Shown piece by piece: positions 22,074 to 32,600 of a DNA stretch of 64,000 nucleotides. The stretch is taken from assembly GCA_963804955.1 (NCBI GenBank), contig CAWDSQ010000016.1, forward strand, positions 125,285 through 189,284, written 5' to 3'. The notes below the pieces were generated by a model, which saw nothing but the letters and a program-made list of their open reading frames with translations, made no database searches and was not told where the DNA came from. A program made the position numbers and the translations under genes. The DNA is from an uncultured delta proteobacterium. GTDB lineage: Bacteria > Desulfobacterota > WTBG01 > CAIYCZ01 > CAIRTM01. Within the stretch, counting starts at the first letter, position 1. Each line of letters opens with the position of its first letter.

Positions 22074-22559
22074 TTATTTGCCGACTGCCCAGCTGAAGGT
22101 TATGGAAAACTGGGCCGGAAGCAGGACATCGCCGTCGATGTTCTTGATGAAGGCGACCGCCAGCACCAGGCCGTACGCGGCGCTCATCTTCACGGTTTTG
22201 GTAAGCGTCAGCGGAGCTGCTGATTTCACATTAATAAATGCGGGCTTGCCGCCCAGCGGATAGGCCAGCCCAAGCAGGCTGTACTCGAGCACGGCGCCGA
22301 AATCCTTGGTGACCGTGGGCTTAAGCGTAATGGTCAGATCACCCAGTTTGGTTTCATTGTCGCCCGTGCCGATAAGCAGGTATGTTTCCATCGGGCCAAA
22401 CGTGCGGCTGTCGAACTCATCATACAAATAAAATTCCCGGATCGTGCTTTCGCCGGGGTCGAGGGTCAGCAGGCTGCCAGCCTGCACCTGCACAGCTGCC
22501 ATGCTCATCGCACAGACGAGAACGGCACTTGTAAAAAATTTTTTCCATCCCTTTTTCAT
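22074..22559 (-). CDS. Secreted hypothetical protein upstream of the porin
   Basis: Signal peptide ending VQA, beta-rich, RBS GGGAGG. Confidence 0.75.
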   Translation of the reverse strand: MKKGWKKFFTSAVLVCAMSMAAVQVQAGSLLTLDPGESTIREFYLYDEFDSRTFGPMETYLLIGTGDNETKLGDLTITLKPTVTKDFGAVLEYSLLGLAYPLGGKPAFINVKSAAPLTLTKTVKMSAAYGLVLAVAFIKNIDGDVLLPAQFSITFSWAVGK

Positions 22560-23036
22560 GCAAACCTCCCTTTATATGTGTTTTTCCGATATCGGGAACC
22601 AGATAGCAGCCCCCGGCATTATTGTCTTTCGAAAACCATCGTCTTGGCGATGATTCCTCAAGAAGGCAACTCAAACACGCCGTGTTTTTTGACTTCATAA
22701 TCGCTTGCACTTTGCGGGCCCACTGCAGTTTCACAGACAAAAGCCCGTATCTGATGCTTTATTAGCCTTGTTAAAAAATGAAGCTGGCAGAATTATAGTA
22801 TCAAAAGCCAAAAAACACCGTACAATTTGCCAACTAAAAACTTTGCCTATTATAGCACTACAATTAGAGCCTAGTCTAGCATATTTTTGCGTGTTTTTTT
22901 GCTTCACAGACAGTGGCGAAAAAAATTTCTTCCAGCAAGTCTCTTTTAAACAAAAAATGGTCTATTTTTATAATTAATTAAATTATATAATAAACATGCT
23001 GGTTAATCCTGTCAAAAGACGTCGAAACCTGCATGC

Positions 23037-23195
23037 TAGAGCATTTTTCTAAAAGGTGTAGCCCCATTGTCATTTCGAATCTGCCGTAGGCGGTGAGAAA
23101 TCCGGAACCATGGTTGTTCTTCGGCCAAAGATCTCTCCCTGCGGTCGAGATGACAGAAAAGTCAAAGCGTCTATAGTAAAAAGAAAAATGCTCTG
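23037..23195. mobile_element. Second MITE of the TAGAGCATTTTTC family carrying a different internal REP-like element
   Basis: TAGAGCATTTTTC..GAAAAATGCTCT; inside TGTCATTTCGA..GAGAAATC..AGATCTCTC..TCGAGATGACA. Confidence 0.7.
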
Positions 23196-23421
23196 AGTTT
23201 TTTATCAATGCTGCATCGAACCGCCGCGTTCTGCAGGTATGAATTGTCTTTTTAGCCATAAAAAAGCCGGCTCATGTACCCGTTCATTCAAACGAGCACA
23301 CTGCCGGCTTGTCTTCAGAATCAGATCAGCAGAAGGCGACGTAAACCAGCGCACTGTGTCAGCAAAAAGGAAAGCTTTTTCCATGACAGGGCAAATCCGC
23401 TGTACGGAAAATCTCTCCGGC

Positions 23422-24156
23422 TCAAGACGCCTCTTCATTGATCAGATATTTTGCGGCTACAGCTTCAAGCGAGCAGGGGGCCGTCTGCCCTTTTGCCAGC
23501 AGGCGCAGGGCCGCAAGGTCGGATGCCCAGGCAACATTACCGGGCGCCAGCAGGCAGACGCTGCCGGGTTCATAGGCGGTAAAAAGTTTTCCATCTTTAT
23601 AGTAATAATGTTCATTGCTGGCTTGAGTAGAGTAAATGCGCATGGCCGGCGGCAGATCGCTGGGCTTGAACCACAGCTTGACCTCGCGCTCGGCATCTGC
23701 GGCATTGGCCGATGCGTGAATAAGGTTGTCCATGCGCTCGTCAAGCACTTTGCCCGAGGCGTCCTTGACCGGGAAAAGCGTACCCAGGGCGCGAATGCAG
23801 CCCGGCCGCTTTTCCCGCGCATCATGCGGGTTGGTGGGACCGGCAATGTTGCGTATTTTCTGTATGGCGTCCGGGCCCATGTACACCAGCGCGATCACGC
23901 GGCGCTTCCAGGCCTCATCGGGATAGTGGGACGCGCCCATGATATACTCAAGCAGCGATTCAAAAAACACCTTCCCCTTATGCTCGGCATAATGCTCTTC
24001 GGCCAGCATGCGGTGTACTTTCACGATCTTTGTCGCGGCAAAACGCAGTCCCGTGTGAAATTCGGAAAGCTGCGAGAGCACATATCCGGTCAGCGAATGC
24101 CTGAGCGCATCGGGCTTAATGAGCACAAGCGTCTGTTCAAAATCTTTCGTTTCCAT
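23422..24156 (-). CDS. ndk: Nucleoside diphosphate kinase with C-terminal extension
   Basis: EQTLVLIKPDA, HYAEHKGKVFF, GPTNP..PGCIR, NLIHAS; RBS AAGGAG. Confidence 0.9.
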   Translation of the reverse strand: METKDFEQTLVLIKPDALRHSLTGYVLSQLSEFHTGLRFAATKIVKVHRMLAEEHYAEHKGKVFFESLLEYIMGASHYPDEAWKRRVIALVYMGPDAIQKIRNIAGPTNPHDAREKRPGCIRALGTLFPVKDASGKVLDERMDNLIHASANAADAEREVKLWFKPSDLPPAMRIYSTQASNEHYYYKDGKLFTAYEPGSVCLLAPGNVAWASDLAALRLLAKGQTAPCSLEAVAAKYLINEEAS

Positions 24157-24430
24157 GCGGAAATCTCCTTTATTTAAACATTTTGTATTTTTGTGCACGG
24201 AGAAAAAATAAAGGGCCGGCTCATGTGCCCCGCCCTTTACATCTGGTCTTCATGCGGTTTTTTTGAGGTGCTGATTTTAGCATGCTTTTATATTTAATTC
24301 AATTCTTGTGAGGCCCCGGGCATCGCTTCGCCGAAAGCCCCCGGCGGAAAAGGCTTGCAAAAAAGGCTTATTTTCTTAATAATAGTCGGGTTTTACTAAA
24401 CGCATCATTTTTTCTACAGAAGGAGGAAGT

Positions 24431-25078
24431 ATGAGAATTATCCTGTTAGGCCCCCCCGGCGCCGGCAAAGGAACCGTGGCTAACCAGCTGAAGGCCACTG
24501 ATGGCTCCGTGCACATTTCCACGGGCGACATTCTGCGCAATAATGTCAAGGCTGGCACAGACCTTGGCAAAAAGGCAAAAGAGTACATGGACAAGGGCGA
24601 GCTGGTGCCCGATCAGCTCATCATGGACATGATGGAAGTGAGGCTCCAGGAAGCCGACTGCGCCAAAGGCTTTATGCTTGACGGTTTCCCGCGCACCATT
24701 CCCCAGGCTGATGCCCTCGGCAAGCTGCTTGAGAAAATAAAAATAAAGCTCGATGCAGCCATCAACCTCGACATTCCACGCGAAGTGGTGCTGGATCGCC
24801 TGACCACGCGGCGCACCTGCAACAACTCCGCCTGCCAGACCATTTACAATGTGAAGACCAACCCGCCCAAGGTCGAAGGAAAATGCGACAAGTGCGGCAG
24901 CCCGGTCATTCAGCGCAGCGATGAAACCGAAGAGGCCATACTCAACCGCCTTGAAGTCTACAACAAGCAGACTTCGCCCCTCATCGAGTATTATGCCAAC
25001 AAGGGCATGCTCAAAAGCGCCTCCAAGCTCAAGCTCGACGAGCTCGTGCAGGAGGTTCTTGCAAGCCTGAAAAATTAA
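24431..25078 (+). CDS. adk: Adenylate kinase with a zinc-binding lid
   Basis: GPPGAGKGT, HISTGDILR, LDGFPRT, lid Cys pairs, QRSDET. Confidence 0.97.
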   Translation: MRIILLGPPGAGKGTVANQLKATDGSVHISTGDILRNNVKAGTDLGKKAKEYMDKGELVPDQLIMDMMEVRLQEADCAKGFMLDGFPRTIPQADALGKLLEKIKIKLDAAINLDIPREVVLDRLTTRRTCNNSACQTIYNVKTNPPKVEGKCDKCGSPVIQRSDETEEAILNRLEVYNKQTSPLIEYYANKGMLKSASKLKLDELVQEVLASLKN

Positions 25079-25106
25079 GTGTAGTCTTCGGGCATGACGA
25101 CACGAT

Positions 25107-26960
25107 ATGCCCAACAAACAGACACCGGCTGAAAAGGCCGCAGAGCTACCGACGAACCCTGGCGTGTACCTGATGAAGGACCGCCAGGGTTCTGTTATTT
25201 ATGTGGGCAAGGCAAAGGCGCTGCGCAGCCGCGTGCGCTCTTATTTCCAGCGCCCGCAGGAGGCTACGACCAAGACCCGCTTTATGGTTTCAAAAATAGC
25301 CGATATTGAAACCATCGTCACCTCCACGGAAAAAGACGCCCTCATTCTTGAAAACAATCTCATTAAAAAGTACCGCCCCCGCTACAATGTCGTCTTTCGC
25401 GACGACAAGGAATACCCCTACCTGCGCCTGGCCGCGGGCGAACTGTACCCCAACCTTACCATCGTGCGCAGAACCCGGAAAGACGGCTCAACCTATTTCG
25501 GCCCTTTTGCCTCGGTGCAGGCCTTGCGGGAAACCTTAAAGGCGATCAATGCTGATATTTCCCCTGCGTAAGTGCTCGGGCAAGCGGTTTGAAAAAAAGC
25601 GGCCCTGCATCTATCATCAGCTCGGGCAGTGCCCGGCGCCGTGCTGCTGCATGGTTGAGCCGGCGCAGTACCAGAAAACGGTCATGGACGTGAAGCTCTT
25701 TCTGCAGGGCAGAAGCACCGAGGTGCTTGACGGCCTGCGAAAACGCATGGATGAGGCAGCCGGCAGAGCTCAACTTCGAGCTTGCCGCGCAGCTGCGGGA
25801 CCGCATCACGGCCATTGAAACCACGCTTGAGAAAACCACGCTGGTGAATCTCGACCTCATCGACCGCGACGTATTTGCGTTCTGGCGCGAGGATACTCAG
25901 CTGGCCGTAGCGATTCTGTTTGTTCGCAATGGCCGCATGATGGGCAGCCGTACCGTGCTGCTGCGAAAAATTCAGATAGAAGATGACGAGGCCATCTCTT
26001 CCTTTATCTCCCAGTACTACGCGGCAGGGGAATACATCCCTCAGGAGGTTGATCGCGCCTCTGCCGTTTGAAGAAATGGATGTGTTGGAGGACTTCCTGC
26101 GCGAACAGAAAGGCGGGCCGGTAACGCTTACCTGGCCGCAGCGGGGCCCGAAAATGGACTTGCTGCGCATGGCAACGCAGAATGCGGAGATCTTCTTTAA
26201 GCGCAACCGCGAGATTGAGCAAAAAGACGAAAACCTTTTAAAAGATTTACAGGAGCGGCTCCATTTGTGCAGGTATCCTGCCCGCATCTGCTGTTTTGAT
26301 ATTTCAAATATCCAGGGAACCTCGGCCGTTGGCTCCATGGTCTATTTCGAGGACGGCAGGTCTGTCAAAGACGGCTACCGCCGCTTTCGAATCAAAAGCG
26401 TGCATCAGCCCGATGACTATGCCATGATGCATGAGGTGCTCACTCGCTATCTTGCACAGGCAAAAGAGCTTGAAAGCCTGCCCGATCTCATCATGGTCGA
26501 CGGCGGCAAGGGGCAGCTGAATGTGCTGGGTCAGGCTTTCATCGATACCGGCGTCACCTCTGTCGATGCCGTTGCACTTGCCAAGGGACGCCTTGATGAA
26601 AAAACTAATGAAAAAGAAGAAGATAAGGTCTTTCTCCCCCATCGCAAAAACCCTGTGGTCTTTCCCAAACAGTCGCAGACGCTCTATCTGCTGCAGCGCA
26701 TCCGCGATGAGGCACACCGCTTTGCCATCGCCTATCACAGGGCTCTGAAGAAGAAAAAGGACTTCACCTCGGCCCTTGAAGCCGTGCCGGGCCTTGGCGC
26801 AAAAACCAGCCGCGGGGTCTTAAAACATTTCGGGAGCATCGAGGCAGCCCGCCAGGCCGGGTTGGAGCAGCTTATTGAAGTGCCGGGCATGACCCGGCCA
26901 CGGGCAGAAGCGCTGTTTGATTTTTTTAAAAAAAATTTAATTGATGAAAAACCGCTTTGA
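25107..26960 (+). CDS. uvrC: Excinuclease ABC subunit C (frameshifted)
   Basis: PGVYLMKD..YVGKAKALRSRVRSYF, CFDISN, DDYAMM, DGGKGQL, QRIRDEAHRFAI. Confidence 0.95.
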
Positions 26961-27316
26961 GATGGGCTGGCAGCGTCCCGGAAAACAATCAGACATACGC
27001 TTTAAAAAGGCGCCGGTCTGCAATGCCGTTTATAGCGGCGTTGTGTCAGCAGTACGGATTTTTTGTGCGCACCTCGATCGCTTCACAGCAAAGGCTCGAA
27101 AAATTAAGCCCCTGCTCACAAAGGACCCCTTCTATAACCTCCGTTGTTTTCTCTGTGTACCGCCCCAGCAATCGCTCTGTGCAATCAGAAACAAGCTATA
27201 AAAACAGCCCTGCGGACTGCGACAGGGTTTGTTGGTATCTTCCTTGACATTCCCCGGTTTTAAATCTTATATATACAGTTGTAAACAGAGTGTCCTTTTA
27301 TTTTCAAATTGATACT

Positions 27317-27883
27317 ATGACGGCCGGTCAAATAATAATGGTCTGGATATCTGCGGCTTGCGTCGTGATTCTCCTTGGAGGATTTGCCTGGTTTCGACTG
27401 CGCGGGCACACAACCGGAAAGGGAAATACCGGCAAGCAGCGCCAACAAGCCTGCGATGCACCTGAAAAAATCCGGGCTTTCCTGATCCCCCTGACCGATA
27501 AAGCGTGGCGGGCCTCTTTGGAAAAGAATATCCCGATCAGGCAGTATCCTTTCCGGGTGGGGCGGGAGTGCCGTATGCACATTGAAGACGGCAACCAGGT
27601 CTCAGCCGAGCGCCGCAGGACAGGAGCAGCCCCGAACAATGATCTGTACCTGCAGGACAGCGCGGAAAAAATGCAAATATCAAGGGAGCATTTCCAGATC
27701 GAGCAGCGGGCGGACGGCGGCTTCGAACTCGTCGATCGCGGCAGCGCCTGCGGAACGCGTGTCGGCAAAAGGACTATTCCCGGCGGCGACAGGGGCGGCA
27801 GGTGCGAACTCAAGCATGGTGATACCATAGCCATCGGCTTAAATGCATCGCCCTATGTATTCCGTTTTGTTGTGCAGGACTGA
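27317..27883 (+). CDS. Membrane-anchored FHA-domain protein
   Basis: N-terminal TM; FRVGR..ISREH..DRGSACGT. Confidence 0.8.
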   Translation: MTAGQIIMVWISAACVVILLGGFAWFRLRGHTTGKGNTGKQRQQACDAPEKIRAFLIPLTDKAWRASLEKNIPIRQYPFRVGRECRMHIEDGNQVSAERRRTGAAPNNDLYLQDSAEKMQISREHFQIEQRADGGFELVDRGSACGTRVGKRTIPGGDRGGRCELKHGDTIAIGLNASPYVFRFVVQD

Positions 27884-28038
27884 TATTCCGTCAAAAGGTG
27901 AAGCCCGACGCATCTTCCTGCAGGACGTATTCAGTCTGCTGCCGGCAGAGCACTACTCCTGCAGTATCTCGATGATTTTTTTGAGCGGTTTTTCGTTGAA
28001 TAAAAAATTTCAGGAGCCAACAACTAAGGAGAACCCTC

Positions 28039-28587
28039 ATGCCAAAAATAATCCAGCACCCGGTTCCGGATTTTGTGAAGCCGTACTTCAAGGCCGCCGG
28101 TATCAAAATCAAAAAGCACGCAACGGTCGCGGCCTTTGAAAAGGATCTGAAAAAATTTCTGGCGCGCAATCACGTTCTTCATCTCGGCACCTGCAAGGGC
28201 AGGGTGCCCCGCGTAACGCCCCTTGAATACCGGCTCAATGGACTGACTTTCTTCATTCTTTCCGAGGGCGGCGGCAAATTCGCCAATCTTAAAGAGAACA
28301 GACGGGTCTCTTTCGGCATTGCCGAGCCCTATGACTCGCAGGCTGATTTTTTCAGCAACAAGGGCGTTCAGGCCTGGGGCACGGCGGCCGTGTACAGCCT
28401 GCGGGATGAACCGGCAAAATTTCGCACCGCTCTCGCGATGATGAATGCGGCAAGGGGATACCACAAAATTGAAATAAAGAACCTTCTGCCGCAGTTTAAC
28501 TATCGCATTATTGAAATTGCTCCCGACAAGATCAAGTACGGCAATCCCCGGGAGGGAGTGTTTCAGATTACCTGGGCAAAAAAATAG
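28039..28587 (+). CDS. Pyridoxamine 5'-phosphate oxidase-like FMN-binding protein
   Basis: LHLGT..PRVTPLEY..GGKFANLKENRRVS..GVQAWG; RBS AAGGAG. Confidence 0.75.
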   Translation: MPKIIQHPVPDFVKPYFKAAGIKIKKHATVAAFEKDLKKFLARNHVLHLGTCKGRVPRVTPLEYRLNGLTFFILSEGGGKFANLKENRRVSFGIAEPYDSQADFFSNKGVQAWGTAAVYSLRDEPAKFRTALAMMNAARGYHKIEIKNLLPQFNYRIIEIAPDKIKYGNPREGVFQITWAKK

Positions 28588-28636
28588 CTTTGGCGCCCTG
28601 CATAGCATGAGTGGCTGCTGTCGTATCAGGGTAGCC

Positions 28637-29002
28637 CTAGAAAATAATCTTCTTCTGATCCTGCTGGCCAGGCACCACAATACGCGAGGCGGCCTCCCGC
28701 TGCATGCGTTTTGCCTCTTCGATCAGCTCCTCGACAGCCTTATTGACTGCCGCGGGAAATACTGCTATGGCCTCGTTAAGATTATTCGCTTCAAGCATGC
28801 ACTGGATCGGCAGCGGGCCTCCCCCCGACATAATCTGCGTCTGGCCCATGTACACGGCCGTGCGGCTCGTATCTTCTGATCCGTCCGGCTTGATCGGAAT
28901 AAAACGTTTGATCGTTCCTGCATGCAGGTCGGTAAATGTTTCTTCCCGGTACAGGCCGTTTTTATCAATGCTTACATCAAGAAGCGGTTTCTGGTCAGTC
29001 AT
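28637..29002 (-). CDS. Conserved hypothetical cytoplasmic protein
   Basis: LYREETFTD..GTI..P..DGSED..GQTQ..PLPI; RBS AAGGAG. Confidence 0.75.
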   Translation of the reverse strand: MTDQKPLLDVSIDKNGLYREETFTDLHAGTIKRFIPIKPDGSEDTSRTAVYMGQTQIMSGGGPLPIQCMLEANNLNEAIAVFPAAVNKAVEELIEEAKRMQREAASRIVVPGQQDQKKIIF

Positions 29003-29235
29003 GCTCGGGTCTCCTTATTGGTAAGTGCTCATGTTGCCGGTTTATATGTATCTGGCGCGTATGGTATACTATGTACCAAATTATGAACAAAAAATCTAAC
29101 CTCTATTTTGTTCAAACAATGCTGCATAGTGGTCAAAAAGCTGCTCATCCTCTGGCCGACCGGCAGCTGCAGACAGGGGAGCGCGTGTAGAAATGGCCGT
29201 TCGAAATTAAAAATGCACCAGCAAAGGAGCTTTTT

Positions 29236-29589
29236 ATGAAATACTGTGTTTTTTTGCTGGCAGCCGTGATCGTGCTGACCAGCGGCTGTATCCGCATGAA
29301 AGCAGGGTTCTATCCGGAGTCGTACAAGGCTGATTTCCAGGGCTGGTTTAAGGGCTATGCAAGCTACAAAGAGATGCCCAAATGGGACGGCACCTTTTTG
29401 AAAATCGCCACTTTTGATGATAGCGAGAGGCCGGGAGAGCTGCTGACCCTGGACATACCGTTTCTTGCCGGTGTGGGTATCGGTCCCATAGGCGCGCAGG
29501 ATTCGCATTCTGCCTTTTGCCTTGGGCGTGGGAACCATAGCCTATGACCCAAAGCCTCATTGTGGCCGGGCTGAAAAAAAAGAGCTTAA
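29236..29589 (+). CDS. Hypothetical lipoprotein (probable frameshift near the 3' end)
   Basis: Lipobox LTSG-C, RBS AAGGAG; end coordinate approximate. Confidence 0.6.
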
Positions 29590-29685
29590 AAAAGAACAAA
29601 AAAAATAAATCCGCGCTCTGAACTGTTACTGAGCCCGCGGAAGCAAGCTGCGGGCCCATATTTTCCATTTGAAAAGGTATGCGCT

Positions 29686-30120
29686 TTGCCAGATATGCTC
29701 CACATACTCTGTCCGGCCTGCGATATCGCAAACCGGGCGCCCGCCGACAGGCCGATTGTAAAAGGCAGCTGCGGCAAATGCCACAGGCCGCTTTTTACCG
29801 GTATGCCGCTGGAGCTGAATGCCGCGCGGTTTCTGCGGCACCTGCATGAAAGCGGCATTCCGCTGCTGGTTGATTTCTGGGCTTCCTGGTGCGGACCCTG
29901 CAAAATGATGGCGCCCGTATTCGCGCAGGCAGCGCGCAAGCTTGAGCCTCAGGTGCGCCTTGCAAAGGTGGATACCGAGGCAGAGCAGGCTCTTTCCGCA
30001 AGCTTTGGCATCTCGGCCATCCCGACGCTTATACTTTTCAGCAATGGTGTTGAAATTGCACGGCAGTCAGGAGCCCTCGACCTGCCGCGCCTGCTGACCT
30101 GGACAAGACTGCATGTCTGA
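29686..30120 (+). CDS. trxC: Thioredoxin 2 (zinc ribbon plus WCGPC)
   Basis: CPAC..NR..CGKC then VDFWASWCGPCK. Confidence 0.93.
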   Translation: MPDMLHILCPACDIANRAPADRPIVKGSCGKCHRPLFTGMPLELNAARFLRHLHESGIPLLVDFWASWCGPCKMMAPVFAQAARKLEPQVRLAKVDTEAEQALSASFGISAIPTLILFSNGVEIARQSGALDLPRLLTWTRLHV

Positions 30121-30232
30121 TCCTTCCTCCTGATGCTCGTGTTTGGCAGATTTTTGAAATAGCCCTCGGTTGAAAAAGATGGGGCTGGCCGTGCAGGGTT
30201 TTCTCAGGAGCTTCAGGCGGGATGCTCTCGCG

Positions 30233-30571
30233 TTACGTTTCTAAATTTAATCTGGCAAACAACTCTTCCGGCAGCAGAGAAATAAAATGAATGCCGCCGA
30301 TAAGGCTGTCTCCGTGTTTATATATTGTTTTCACTTCACCCTTGAGGCTCAACTGCTCAAGTGTTTTTGGCACAAACAGCTCCAGAAAAACCTGAGCTCC
30401 TATGGTAAGCAGCTCATTCAGGGGGAACAGCACCCCCGCACCGCTGCGGCTCAGATTAATAATAGTTCCCTCCTTGTATCGCGTGCTTTCACCCTTTATG
30501 AAATATTGAACCGGGATCTGAACGGTTTCCCTGCTCCATTTTCGCCGATTGACTTTAAGATCATTCAACAT
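30233..30571 (-). CDS. Stand-alone PilZ-domain protein (paralogue 1)
   Basis: RRKWSR and NLSRSG motifs, GGIHF. Confidence 0.85.
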   Translation of the reverse strand: MLNDLKVNRRKWSRETVQIPVQYFIKGESTRYKEGTIINLSRSGAGVLFPLNELLTIGAQVFLELFVPKTLEQLSLKGEVKTIYKHGDSLIGGIHFISLLPEELFARLNLET

Positions 30572-30606
30572 TTCTCAAACCTCAATAATAAAAATCCCTT
30601 CTCGGC

Positions 30607-30633
30607 TTATCGGACAAATATCGACCGGCTTTA
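30607..30633 (-). promoter_or_regulatory. sigma28 (FliA)-type promoter upstream of PilZ paralogue 1
   Basis: TAAA-15bp-TCCGATAA. Confidence 0.6.
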
Positions 30634-31005
30634 GTCCAAAATCGCATGGCTCTACCCGGCTCCCGATGAGCTCAGACCCGGCTCCTTATAAATGAATTAT
30701 ACCCGGGGTATTGTGCCGATAACTCCCGATATCACCAGGAAACCGTATAACGGGGCTGGGGCTCATGCTGTCGCCGATCAAAGAAGGAACACGGCCATAC
30801 TTCAAAGCAGGAGGACCGGGGTTCCCTCGGGGCTGTGTTTCTTGACTTTATGCAGCGGCAGTGATACCCGCAGCCAGACTCAGCGCGAAACCAGCCTGTT
30901 TCTTACGGGGCAAGCAGAGAGTCTTTTCGAATAAAAATAATAGGGGGGTGCGTACGGCCTTTTTTTGCTGGTGAGTTGGAGACAGGGTAATCCTTTGTTC
31001 TTTTT

Positions 31006-31338
31006 CTAAGCGAGCTTGGCAAACATTTCTTCGGGCAACAGAGATACAAATTCAACACCGCCAACCAAACCGTCATGTCTTGTGTTTTTATTTTTGAGCT
31101 CTCCCCTGACTGTCACCTGCTCGAAAGTTTTGGGTACAATAAGCTCGAAAAAAACAGAGGATTTTGCTTTGAGCTGCTCGCTCACCGGGAACAGCACTCC
31201 GGCTCCGCTGCGGCTGAGATTTATAATAGTGCAATCCATATACCGTGAACTTTGCCCCTTGATGAAATACTGAGCAGGTAATTGCACAGCTGCCCTGTGC
31301 CATTTCCGTGGGTTAAAATTAAATCTTGTGTCCAGCAT
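31006..31338 (-). CDS. Stand-alone PilZ-domain protein (paralogue 2)
   Basis: PRKWHR and NLSRSG motifs, GGVEF. Confidence 0.85.
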   Translation of the reverse strand: MLDTRFNFNPRKWHRAAVQLPAQYFIKGQSSRYMDCTIINLSRSGAGVLFPVSEQLKAKSSVFFELIVPKTFEQVTVRGELKNKNTRHDGLVGGVEFVSLLPEEMFAKLA

Positions 31339-31557
31339 GCATCAAGTCCCCATGATAAAAATTAGCCCTGTTAATAAATTTTTTTTTCGGCTCTACTCCA
31401 ATCGTAATTTAATTATAACCAATGGATAATAAAAAATAAAGGTCTTAATAATTTTAGCACTAAACAATTATACCATAGCCGGGAACACTCATAAAAAAAC
31501 ACCTCAAAAATGTCTTATTTTGAATGCTTAATAAACCCTGTTCCTGGCAAACAAGGG

Positions 31558-32415
31558 CTACGAGGTCCTTTTTCCTATTCGAAACTTATTTTGAGCAAAT
31601 TTGACTATCCGCTTAAGCAGCTTCAAGAATCTTTGTACCGGTCTTAGCATCGTGGACCGGACAAATGCGTTGACGGCTGCACGTGTTTTAATTTTTCGAA
31701 TTATCCCCTGTTGCTTATTCACTTCCTCCGAAGTAAATGCATGTTTACATGCTTTTAGTATCAGAACAAATTCGATGGCGGTAAGGGGGGTGTTTTTATA
31801 ATCGACAACAGAGTATTGAACACCCTGGCTGTCCTTCATATAGCTGACAATGTCCAGAATATCATCGATGGTCCACACGTGATTATGAACGCAATACCCT
31901 TTGCGGATTTGATTATCGACCCAGGCATTCCATTGAGGTGATTTTTCCGGCAATTTTTCTACATACGTTGCCCATTCATATAAATGTTTTAGGTTGCGCT
32001 GCTGTTCGGGCACAACACTTTGATGGTCTTCAATAAGGTGTGCGAGCAGTGTCCTTGGTCTGCCGTGATCAAACGTATACCGTTTGTCAGGAAGTGTAAG
32101 AAATAGAATGCCGCTGTTTTTAAGTATTCGATGCCATTCACCAAGGGCTCGAATTGGATCAGTAACATGTTCAAGCACATGATTGGCGACAACAAAATCA
32201 AAAGTATTCGTTGGCGTGTCCGGATATTCTTCGCTGTTGCTGATAATGTCCGGATATTTAGATCCCGGATAGGAACGGTCAAGCTGTTCAGGGGTTAGAA
32301 TATCCGAATAGATTGCCTTTGCGTTTTTTGGTAAAGGCAGAGGATTATTGAGCGCACCAATTTCCAGGCCAAACCCATTAAGATACCGGGTAAAAAGCAA
32401 GCGGTGATTGATCAT
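31558..32415 (-). CDS. Class I SAM-dependent methyltransferase
   Basis: GLEIGA, FDFVVANHVLEH..W.RILK..G..FL.LPDKR.TFD; lower GC than its flanks. Confidence 0.85.
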   Translation of the reverse strand: MINHRLLFTRYLNGFGLEIGALNNPLPLPKNAKAIYSDILTPEQLDRSYPGSKYPDIISNSEEYPDTPTNTFDFVVANHVLEHVTDPIRALGEWHRILKNSGILFLTLPDKRYTFDHGRPRTLLAHLIEDHQSVVPEQQRNLKHLYEWATYVEKLPEKSPQWNAWVDNQIRKGYCVHNHVWTIDDILDIVSYMKDSQGVQYSVVDYKNTPLTAIEFVLILKACKHAFTSEEVNKQQGIIRKIKTRAAVNAFVRSTMLRPVQRFLKLLKRIVKFAQNKFRIGKRTS

Positions 32416-32600
32416 TTTTTTAATAAAAAGCGGTTTTTTAGTAAAAGAAGTATAACTATGGGGCGATAGCGTGTCAAGGAATAACCTGCCGCAGGCAGAA
32501 TATGACGTGGCCGAGGGGAATCTGACCCTGGAAACGGCTGTCAGATTTGCCATGTCCGGAAAAGCTGCGCCCCGGCGTTCAGGGCCGAGGGAAGAAATCT

